From Candidatus Heimdallarchaeota archaeon (lineage in GTDB: Archaea; Asgardarchaeota; Heimdallarchaeia; Heimdallarchaeales; Heimdallarchaeaceae): a stretch of DNA of 19,265 nucleotides. The translations under genes and the position numbers were made by a program. Where the stretch lies: NCBI GenBank assembly GCA_019057375.1, contig DXJF01000079.1:1-19265 (forward strand), given 5' to 3'. This document shows, in pieces, positions 1-7,252 of this stretch; position 1 is the first letter of the stretch; each line of letters starts with the position of its first letter. A model generated the notes under the pieces. That model had not been told where the DNA came from, searched no databases, and was given only the letters and a program-made list of their open reading frames with translations.

Positions 1-1177
1 AATACAATCCAAATGGGATAAGACCTTTCACTGCTGCATAATCTAATGTTGTAGCTGGGAGTAAAAATCCTTTTTTGATAATCATTTCTATCCATGCTAA
101 TAATTGTAACCAAATAATGTGACCTCGACGATTATGAGCTAATTCATGAGCAACGATTCCGCGTATATCATCATCACTAAATTCATCTAAATTTGATGCA
201 ATAAGTGCAACTCTTTGATCAAAAAGAGGACCATATGCCATTGCATTCAAAATGGGTGCTTCAACAAAACCTACTTTGACTTTTCTCTTGGTTCCTAGAC
301 GAACTTTAACCTCTTCAACAATCTTCAGAACTCTTTTGTCATCAGTTTGTTTAATTCTTAGTAAAAATGTAAGTAACCAGCCTGAAATAAAATACATGAA
401 AACTGAAAGAAGTATAATTATCTCCCACGGTCCAAGTGAAAGGAAAATAGTTCGCTGAACTAGAAGAGAATCTGTTTTTACTAGACCACCTAGATGATTT
501 CCAGCACTAGGTAAAAGAGTACTGCCGCTAATCGTGAAGAAATTAGATAATGTAAACGAATATAAACCGAGGTAATTCCAGGTAAGGTTATCAAATCCTG
601 GAACTAATTTACCAACACCATAGAGTGCTACATATACTAGAGCAAAAAGTGTTAAGTATAGAATCTGTGGTGACATTAAACGACTAACAAGTACGAATTT
701 CTTCCCAAAGAATATCAGAGCAAGGATTATGAAAACATAGAGCATAAGGTTATAAGCCCAACCTGTAAATAATTCATTTTTTTCACCTGTAACAAGTTGC
801 CATACTTTATCTCCAACAGTCCCAACTAGAAAAATAAAGTAAGTTACAACTGAAATAATCATTAATTCCCTCCAAACTGGAGATTCTCTTAACATATATG
901 TTTGATAAACTGCTAAAACAAATAATCCTAAAGCAATAGCTATTAACCAGTTGCTAAGAAAGATTAACACCAGACCAAAAGTTAAAGCAATAAAAGCTAA
1001 CATAAGATTTTCAGAAGTTGTTCCGTGCTTTATTTTAGTAACAATTTCTGAAATTAGAAAAACTAACCCTAATAACGCTATGAGTATACCTATACCTATA
1101 TTGGGATCATTTTTGATCAATCCCCATAATAGATTCCAATAATCAATAAGAGACATATTATCAATGGCTCTGAACAT
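1..1177 (-). CDS. M48 family (HtpX/Ste24-like) integral-membrane zinc metalloprotease, 3'-truncated by window edge
   Basis: Manually translated open frame from ATG 1177 (alternative ATG 1156) to the window edge with no stop. About 7 hydrophobic segments, then APILNAMAYG...DIRGIVAHELAH (HExxH at 148-134). Absent from ORF track because it has no stop codon. Confidence 0.88.
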   Translation of the reverse strand, partial: MFRAIDNMSLIDYWNLLWGLIKNDPNIGIGILIALLGLVFLISEIVTKIKHGTTSENLMLAFIALTFGLVLIFLSNWLIAIALGLFVLAVYQTYMLRESPVWRELMIISVVTYFIFLVGTVGDKVWQLVTGEKNELFTGWAYNLMLYVFIILALIFFGKKFVLVSRLMSPQILYLTLFALVYVALYGVGKLVPGFDNLTWNYLGLYSFTLSNFFTISGSTLLPSAGNHLGGLVKTDSLLVQRTIFLSLGPWEIIILLSVFMYFISGWLLTFLLRIKQTDDKRVLKIVEEVKVRLGTKRKVKVGFVEAPILNAMAYGPLFDQRVALIASNLDEFSDDDIRGIVAHELAHNRRGHIIWLQLLAWIEMIIKKGFLLPATTLDYAAVKGLIPFGLY

Positions 1178-1183
1178 AAAATA

Positions 1184-1197
1184 TATTTAAAACCTTT
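1184..1197 (-). promoter_or_regulatory. Putative archaeal BRE/TATA promoter of the M48 protease gene
   Basis: Minus strand AAAGG-T-TTTAAATA, ending 27 nt upstream of ATG 1156. The spacing favours 1156 as the real, near-leaderless start. Confidence 0.4.
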
Positions 1198-1213
1198 GTC
1201 TTCTGAAAAACTT

Positions 1214-1825
1214 CTAAGATATTGGAACTTGACGAATAACATTCTTATATAATAAATCGTTAGTAGCTTTTTCTGCATCATTTTCTGTTAATTTCATCAG
1301 TTTCACTATATCGCTTATAGTAGCTGATCCCTTGTATTTCAATAAAGAAATCACTTTTTGCTGCTGATTACTAAATTTTTTACCGATATCTCTGCTAATA
1401 ATCTGAGGATTAAGCTCTAGCTTAGAATAAGACAGATTTGCTATTGGAATACTATACTTCTTAAGCTGAGTGTCTACAAATTCAGTCATATTTGCAAAAT
1501 GCTCTACTCTACCTCTCCAATCCTTCAATTCTTCTGCAAAACGTGAATGAAACTCATTCTGAATTTTATGCAAATCTTGTCTAACAGTTGTGTCATCATC
1601 CTTGTTGTCTATACAAGCTACAGTTACTGTTTGTTTAGAGGATGTATAAATGAATTTGTAACTAGTTGTTTGTAAGAAATCGCAACCCCCATCAACATTC
1701 TGTGCAAAAATCTCAATTGCACTAAGAAAACTAGTAATGAGGTTTTCATCATGTTCTATGCTACCGTACCTACGATGAAAAAGACATTCTCCTGTATCTT
1801 TGGCAATCCAAATATTATGAAGCAT
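1214..1825 (-). CDS. Longin-domain protein with C-terminal winged helix-turn-helix
   Basis: N-terminus MLHNIWIAKDTGECLFHRRYG...DENLITSFLSAIEIFAQ is the typical archaeal longin pattern. C-terminus QQKVISLLKYKGSATISDIVKLMKLTENDAEKATNDLLYKNVIRQ is wHTH-like. ATG 1825 is preferred over the TTG at 1858. Confidence 0.75.
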   Translation of the reverse strand: MLHNIWIAKDTGECLFHRRYGSIEHDENLITSFLSAIEIFAQNVDGGCDFLQTTSYKFIYTSSKQTVTVACIDNKDDDTTVRQDLHKIQNEFHSRFAEELKDWRGRVEHFANMTEFVDTQLKKYSIPIANLSYSKLELNPQIISRDIGKKFSNQQQKVISLLKYKGSATISDIVKLMKLTENDAEKATNDLLYKNVIRQVPIS

Positions 1826-1976
1826 AGATTTCAAGAAATTAAAATCATTTGAACACAAAAACTCACATAATACATGGGTATTTTCACATGCACACTAAAG
1901 TAAATTGAAAAGTGAATTAGAAATCCTTAAACAAGTGAATTTTGGGGAAATGGAATATTTAGATCTGTTTTACTTC

Positions 1977-2450
1977 TTATCCTAAATCAAAATCACTTTT
2001 TTTTACAAGAGTAAAACCACATCGACCACACTTTAAGATATAAGAATCTTCTTTTGTTCCTCGCCCAGCATGCTCTAGGTTATATCTACAGTTCGGACAC
2101 AAAATATCACCTGGTTCAAGTGATAAAATTCTATCCATTTCTAGAGTGAAGTGATGTTGTTGTTCTATAATCTCAGATGTTGATGACAAATAATATCCTT
2201 CAGAATATTTGGAAATAATAATTGTATCTCCACTCTTTACTGGATATTCGTTAAACCATTCATCAAGTCCAGTTATATTGTTATCCTTAGTAATATGGCT
2301 TCCGTATGTATCATTATATGATTCAATGAAAAAAAGAACTCCTTCTTTAGGGAACATTTCTCTCTCTTTTTCTGGAATAATGATTACATTACTTTTAATC
2401 TCATCATAAGATAGATGCCGAATTATGAATCCTACATGCAACGATTTCAC
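1977..2450 (-). CDS. Hypothetical protein: B3/EcoRII-N-like DNA-binding pseudobarrel plus C-terminal zinc ribbon
   Basis: GTG start. RHLSYDEIKSNVIIIPEKEREMFP and ITGLDEWFNEYPVKSGDTIIISK resemble the two conserved B3 blocks. CPNC...CGRC zinc ribbon at the C-terminus. Confidence 0.6.
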   Translation of the reverse strand: MKSLHVGFIIRHLSYDEIKSNVIIIPEKEREMFPKEGVLFFIESYNDTYGSHITKDNNITGLDEWFNEYPVKSGDTIIISKYSEGYYLSSTSEIIEQQHHFTLEMDRILSLEPGDILCPNCRYNLEHAGRGTKEDSYILKCGRCGFTLVKKSDFDLG

Positions 2451-2495
2451 TCCTTTAGAGAATACCTGTTTCTAGAGAATGTTCCAATAAATGAT

Positions 2496-2517
2496 AAGAG
2501 ATAAGTGTTTATCTCTT
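2496..2517. promoter_or_regulatory. Perfect 9-bp inverted repeat (AAGAGATAA-GTGT-TTATCTCTT), candidate operator or hairpin
   Basis: Seen directly. Lies 46-67 nt upstream of the GTG at 2450 and 25 nt downstream of the kinase stop codon. Confidence 0.45.
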
Positions 2518-2541
2518 TTTCGACAAATTAGTAGTAAACTA

Positions 2542-3468
2542 TTAAGATAATTCTTTCTGTAAATCCAAGAATTCTTGTGGTACAATAGTTTTCAATGGTT
2601 TAGGTGCCACCTCAAATGAAATATTAGTCGCCGCAAAATTAACAATTTCACCTTCTACTTCTACTGGTAAACCTTTTTCTAATTTTAAACTAATTTTCTT
2701 AGCTCTAATGTACTGAACACCTTTTGTACCTATGTGTTTTCCTGATTTTAAAATGTTTAATAAGTAAAATTGCCTCATTTTTTTGAGATCAAATGCATAA
2801 CATACTGCAAAGTCTTTATAGAAGTGGTAGTTATCTGGAAGAATTTGAAATCCGCTACCAAAACGACTACCTACACCTGCAGCAATTATAACTAATTTTC
2901 CTTCCAATTCATCTTGGTCATCAATTTTTATCACACAATTAACTAAACGATATTGTAGTAATTTCTTTACTGCAAGATAATAGTATTTCACAAAACCCCT
3001 TAACCATTTAGCTTCAGTAAAAGATGCAACTGAAACAGTTGCCCCAACACCAGTATCAACAATATTAACAAAATATCTTTGATCTTCATCAGCTTTTGCT
3101 ATACCAACAGTTAAATCACAGGTTAAACCTTTTTCAAGGATATCTAGACTCTTGTGATAATTATTATCAAATTTGATTCCTCTTGCAAAATCATTACCGT
3201 TTCCTAAAGGAAGTAAAGCAAATGTAGTATTCAAACCATATAATCCATTTGCTACCTCATTTACAGTTCCATCTCCACCAGTAGCCACGACTACATCAAA
3301 TTCTTCACCTTTTGCTTTGGCGATTTCGATGGCATGTTTAGGTTCTTTTGTCATTTCGACAGAATAATTCAAGCCACGTCTAACTATCTCTTCTTCAACT
3401 TTTGGCCACATCTCCCCTATATCGCCATTTCTTGCATTAGGATTTACAATGAAAAGGTATGAAGTCAT
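2542..3468 (-). CDS. Diacylglycerol/lipid kinase family protein (YegS/DgkB-like)
   Basis: Motifs IVNPNA, GGDGTVNEVANG, LPLGNGNDFARG, YFVN, RFGSGF and EGE; 308 aa, typical length. Confidence 0.93.
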   Translation of the reverse strand: MTSYLFIVNPNARNGDIGEMWPKVEEEIVRRGLNYSVEMTKEPKHAIEIAKAKGEEFDVVVATGGDGTVNEVANGLYGLNTTFALLPLGNGNDFARGIKFDNNYHKSLDILEKGLTCDLTVGIAKADEDQRYFVNIVDTGVGATVSVASFTEAKWLRGFVKYYYLAVKKLLQYRLVNCVIKIDDQDELEGKLVIIAAGVGSRFGSGFQILPDNYHFYKDFAVCYAFDLKKMRQFYLLNILKSGKHIGTKGVQYIRAKKISLKLEKGLPVEVEGEIVNFAATNISFEVAPKPLKTIVPQEFLDLQKELS

Positions 3469-3489
3469 AATATTTTAGATTTTTGCAAG

Positions 3490-3497
3490 TATTTAAA
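3490..3497 (-). promoter_or_regulatory. Putative TATA box for a leaderless lipid kinase transcript
   Basis: TTTAAATA on the minus strand with 21 nt between it and ATG 3468. Confidence 0.4.
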
Positions 3498-3519
3498 CTT
3501 TCAGCCAAAAAGAAGTAAG

Positions 3520-3610
3520 TGGAGCCCTGAGGGGGATTTGAACCCCCGTTCTGCGACTTTCTCGACATTGTTACGAGATCGCCGCTCTAGCCAGGCTGAG
3601 CTATCGGGGC
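3520..3610 (-). tRNA. tRNA-Thr(CGT) with 13-nt intron at 37/38 (3559-3571) and encoded CCA
   Basis: Cloverleaf: GCCCCGA/TCAGGGC acceptor, GCTC/GAGC D-stem, GCGAT/GTCGC anticodon stem, CTCGTA|intron|A loop, GGGGG-TTCAAAT-CCCCC T-arm, T73-CCA. Confidence 0.93.
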
Positions 3611-3728
3611 TTATTGTAGCATTTTTATACCTTTCCAATCTATTTTTGTTTTGTATTCTTTATTGACCAAAGTCATATGGAGGATAATAAAGGTATTAAC
3701 AAAAGAAAATCAACAGGTAGTTTTAGAA

Positions 3729-4952
3729 TTAATCAAGTGGAAAAGCAGCATATCCTCTAAACTCAATCCAATCTCTTAGTTGATTCTCAATTATTTCTTG
3801 AACAGCATCCTGGTCAAGATTCCTTGCCATTTCTTCATCTTGCGTCAGTATTGCCATCATATAGATATCCCCACTGAAATGCAAATCTCTTAAAATAAAT
3901 ATCTCATTGACATCATTTTCAAGAGTATACCTACGTATTCGTAAAAATGGTTCGCGGATATTTACTATTGTTTCAATGGCCTCATAATATGCATTGTGTG
4001 CAATATCTATATACTGATCACCTGTTGTATATTGAGCAAAACAAACATTGCTCCTTGAATCATATAGACCAAAGAAATCAGCATTGAGCTGCTCTGCAAC
4101 TTTTTGAGATGCTTCTTGAGTACCTTGTTCAATTAAGGAAATTTCTCTAAATATGTGAGAAAAGGCCCCAAGAATTGAAGAACGTATTTTTACACTTGTT
4201 CTGAAAAAGTCTTTTGCAGGATTGAAAAAAGAACAGTTTTTTGACATATACTCAATAATTGAACCAAAAACTTCAGTGCTTTTCTCGTCTATTTCATAAT
4301 CAGGATCAGATTTATGGAAAAATATTTTCCAAGGAACTTTAAGTTTTAAAGCATTTGTTACATTGGTTATTTGTTTTAAATATTCAAAACTCTCTTCAAA
4401 CCTATCTTTAGCTTGCACATCAATTACGAATATAATAATATCAGTTCCAATAAAATATTGTTGTGGATTGTTCAAATAGTCTTCACGGTATATACTTTGT
4501 CCGCCTAATTCATGCATGTGAATATCCATTCCAAAAACCTCGATTTTGCTTCTTAATAATCCTCTTGTGGGAGTAAGAGCATATAATTTTTGGAATAACA
4601 ATGACAAGGCTCCTCTATGCTTTAATGCAATTGAAAGAGAAGTTTTTCCTGCATTATCGATTCCAACCATGATTATCTTTGCACCTGAAGTAACTTTTTC
4701 AGTTTCTTCTAAAGATACTAAACGACTAGCCGCTATCCAGCTATTTACTCTTTCTTTTGGAATCTTTTTTACCATTTTATCATATTGTTCATTCCATTTG
4801 TTTGCAAGATCTTCAATGGTTTCTAATCCTAATTCTTTAAGAAACTTTGATTCATCTTCAGAAATATCTAATAGAGCTTGAACTGGAAAATTTTTGATAT
4901 TCTTTTGATTTTGGTACTCTTCTTTTAGAAGCTTCTCTTTTAATTCAACCAT
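3729..4952 (-). CDS. Small GTPase (Rag/Gtr-like with Arf-like G1) with N-terminal HhH-like domain and C-terminal roadblock-like domain
   Basis: G1 GIDNAGKTS, G2 PTRG, G3 HELGGQ, G4 HKSD, G5 region RTSVKIRSSILGAFS. Residues ~22-80 have the pattern L..I......L...G..TI.DLA. The C-terminal ~130 aa resemble the Rag CRD. Confidence 0.85.
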   Translation of the reverse strand: MVELKEKLLKEEYQNQKNIKNFPVQALLDISEDESKFLKELGLETIEDLANKWNEQYDKMVKKIPKERVNSWIAASRLVSLEETEKVTSGAKIIMVGIDNAGKTSLSIALKHRGALSLLFQKLYALTPTRGLLRSKIEVFGMDIHMHELGGQSIYREDYLNNPQQYFIGTDIIIFVIDVQAKDRFEESFEYLKQITNVTNALKLKVPWKIFFHKSDPDYEIDEKSTEVFGSIIEYMSKNCSFFNPAKDFFRTSVKIRSSILGAFSHIFREISLIEQGTQEASQKVAEQLNADFFGLYDSRSNVCFAQYTTGDQYIDIAHNAYYEAIETIVNIREPFLRIRRYTLENDVNEIFILRDLHFSGDIYMMAILTQDEEMARNLDQDAVQEIIENQLRDWIEFRGYAAFPLD

Positions 4953-5102
4953 GGTTTTCTTCTCCGGAGACTTCTCACGACTTTAAACTGAGCTACGTTA
5001 ACACAGTTGTATCTCATTCAAATAAGTATTTTGCTAATGTTGCATCAACAGTACTTCATTCTTCTTTGCAGAAATAAAGTTTAAAAAGGCAAAAGCTAGC
5101 GC

Positions 5103-5110
5103 TTTAATAA
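5103..5110 (+). promoter_or_regulatory. Putative TATA box for the surface protein gene
   Basis: TTTAATAA with 21 nt between it and GTG 5132, consistent with a leaderless mRNA. Confidence 0.4.
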
Positions 5111-5131
5111 ACCCTTACGGAGTAGACTCAA

Positions 5132-7168
5132 GTGCGAACACACAATCTTAGAAAACTAATGGTCGTATCTATATATATTCTTGGCTTAGTTACAGCAAGT
5201 TTTGTAGGTATATCATTCACTACTGCAACAATTGAAGAAAAAAGAAATCCAACATATTCTCCTCTAGTGGACATATTACTGCTTAATAACACTCCCCCTG
5301 TTATTGATGGAGATTTAGAAAGTTATTCTGGAGAGTGGGAAAACGCCACAATACAATCAAATGGTTTTGGAGTTGGTCCAAACAGAATAAGCTTAACAAT
5401 TCGTGTTCAATCAAATGCTACTCACTTATTCATGGGTATTAGTTATGTTAGTAGCATCTTTGTTCCTATAAATACAACAATTCCAGTTGGTGATTCCTAC
5501 AATAATGAATCCCATACATGGTATGCTATTGTATTTGATAACAACTTTGATGAAAGAATTGGATATAGTGAAGATGCCGCAGATGATGTTGTTTTAGTCA
5601 ATTATAGACAAGAGGGAGCACAAGATGCGTACGTAAATGGAACAACAACAAATTCATTGGTATTAGATTTAAATATGACAGGACAAGAAAATGCTGTTTC
5701 TGCATTAAGTACTGAACTAGATGATTTTAACAACCATGTTGTTTCATATGAAGTCGCTAAAGAACTTGATTCACAAGACATTAATGGAAAAGACATCTCA
5801 GTAAAGGAGGGGGAACCCTTGCGATACATGTTTATAGTACATCAGAACAATACAGCATTATACAATTATACCATTTTAGACAATAAAATTACCGCATGGA
5901 ATACAATCAAATTAGAAACTGTCCATGACTATTTCTCATACGTAGATGACCCCTCAGAAATTAACATTTTAGTATACGTTTCAGATTCATCTAATACCAT
6001 TGAAAGAAATCTTACTAATATAGCAACACTAATTCGGGCTTATGGTTTTAATGATTCAGTGAGGAAAGCTTCAGAAGGTTTTGAAATTACATATGATAGA
6101 ATGAAAGATATGGATTTGGTCATTCTAATAGGTTCTCATGTTGATTTAACAGATGATGAAATCGATGATATGAGACATTATTTGGCTTCAGGAGGAAGTT
6201 TGTATGTTCTTGGAGATACAACTGATAATAATAGTAAAATAAATGATCTACTAAGCAACTTTGGTTTCCAAACATACAATGACACTCTTTATTCAAAAGA
6301 CATTGGTATCAATTCAACAATTGAATTCGATATGAACGACATACTCAATCTTCCTTATTTTACTGAAACAAATATCCTAACAAATCAATCAATTAATACA
6401 ATAGAATACCAGGGATCTGCCATTGTGTTTGATGATGATAATGGAACTCTTATCTTGGGTGAGGGATACTATCAATTCCAGGAAGGAGACCTTTATGCTT
6501 CAATAAACAAATCTGGTGAGTTTTATATTGATCAAGTGAAAGATGGTGTTTTCAATAGTTCGGAAGATATTTCATTGGATAGCTTTGCATCAATTCAAGC
6601 AGCTTTAGAATTGCAAAGAGGTGGAAAGCTTTTAGCATTTGCTTCAGCTGATATTTTCAATTCAACTAATATTCTTAAAGCTGATAACAAGTATCTATTC
6701 CTAAGACAAATTCAATGGTTACTTAATCTACAACATCAAATCTCATATGACAACTTCGTTGTAGAAGATTTGACTATATTTGAGGGGAGTAACATTACTG
6801 CAAGTATTTCTGTTAGAGGAGACGAAAACAGTGCAATAGCAGATGTTCAAGTATGGATTGTTGTGCAAGAATTGAAAACAGATGTCAACAAAGAACTTCT
6901 AATCAATACTGGTGATGATATAAACTTCGATGGAGTAATTGTTCCAGCATCACATATTAAAACCCAATTTGTAGATGTTTCAATTCGTATACATAAGAGA
7001 GGTTTTGGTTACAATGAAACCAATCTAGTTGAAGTTTTCATGGAACCAGTTCTCAATACAGGCATCACCATAGATATCATAGCTCTGATAATATTTATCT
7101 CAGCTATTGGTCTCGCTGTCATCGGTGGTTTGGCTACAAAACGATTTAAAGTTGTTAAAGAAGAATAA
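5132..7168 (+). CDS. Secreted, C-terminally membrane-anchored glycoprotein with CBM9/DOMON-like, GldG/DUF4350 (GIFT)-like and Ig-like domains
   Basis: Signal peptide (basic N-terminus + hydrophobic stretch); PPVIDGD...W motif; DLVILIG...DEIDDMRHYLASGGSLYVLGD...INDLLSNFG and GKLLAFASADIF...DNKYLFLRQIQWL; C-terminal TM helix followed by KRFK; about 20 N-x-S/T sequons. Confidence 0.7.
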   Translation: MRTHNLRKLMVVSIYILGLVTASFVGISFTTATIEEKRNPTYSPLVDILLLNNTPPVIDGDLESYSGEWENATIQSNGFGVGPNRISLTIRVQSNATHLFMGISYVSSIFVPINTTIPVGDSYNNESHTWYAIVFDNNFDERIGYSEDAADDVVLVNYRQEGAQDAYVNGTTTNSLVLDLNMTGQENAVSALSTELDDFNNHVVSYEVAKELDSQDINGKDISVKEGEPLRYMFIVHQNNTALYNYTILDNKITAWNTIKLETVHDYFSYVDDPSEINILVYVSDSSNTIERNLTNIATLIRAYGFNDSVRKASEGFEITYDRMKDMDLVILIGSHVDLTDDEIDDMRHYLASGGSLYVLGDTTDNNSKINDLLSNFGFQTYNDTLYSKDIGINSTIEFDMNDILNLPYFTETNILTNQSINTIEYQGSAIVFDDDNGTLILGEGYYQFQEGDLYASINKSGEFYIDQVKDGVFNSSEDISLDSFASIQAALELQRGGKLLAFASADIFNSTNILKADNKYLFLRQIQWLLNLQHQISYDNFVVEDLTIFEGSNITASISVRGDENSAIADVQVWIVVQELKTDVNKELLINTGDDINFDGVIVPASHIKTQFVDVSIRIHKRGFGYNETNLVEVFMEPVLNTGITIDIIALIIFISAIGLAVIGGLATKRFKVVKEE

Positions 7169-7172
7169 TCAC

Positions 7173-7190
7173 TTCTTTTCTTTTTATTTT
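7173..7190 (+). terminator. Oligo-T tract, putative archaeal intrinsic terminator
   Basis: TTCTTTTCTTTTTATTTT directly after stop 7168. Confidence 0.45.
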
Positions 7191-7252
7191 ATATTCTTTG
7201 AAAAAATCTTATTACTATGTTCAGCAATATTTAATCTATAGTTGATGATTTT

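Noticed and set aside
252-1142. ORF-track entries 252..458 (+) and 951..1142 (+)
   Set aside because: Antisense shadows of the M48 protease gene, with no motifs.
1869-1882. AATAC-N4-GTATT mini-palindrome upstream of the longin gene
   Set aside because: Only 5-bp arms; not distinguishable from chance.
2209-5829. ORF-track entries 2209..2409, 3173..3367, 4546..4881 (+) and 5602..5829 (-)
   Set aside because: Each lies wholly antisense within a well-supported CDS.
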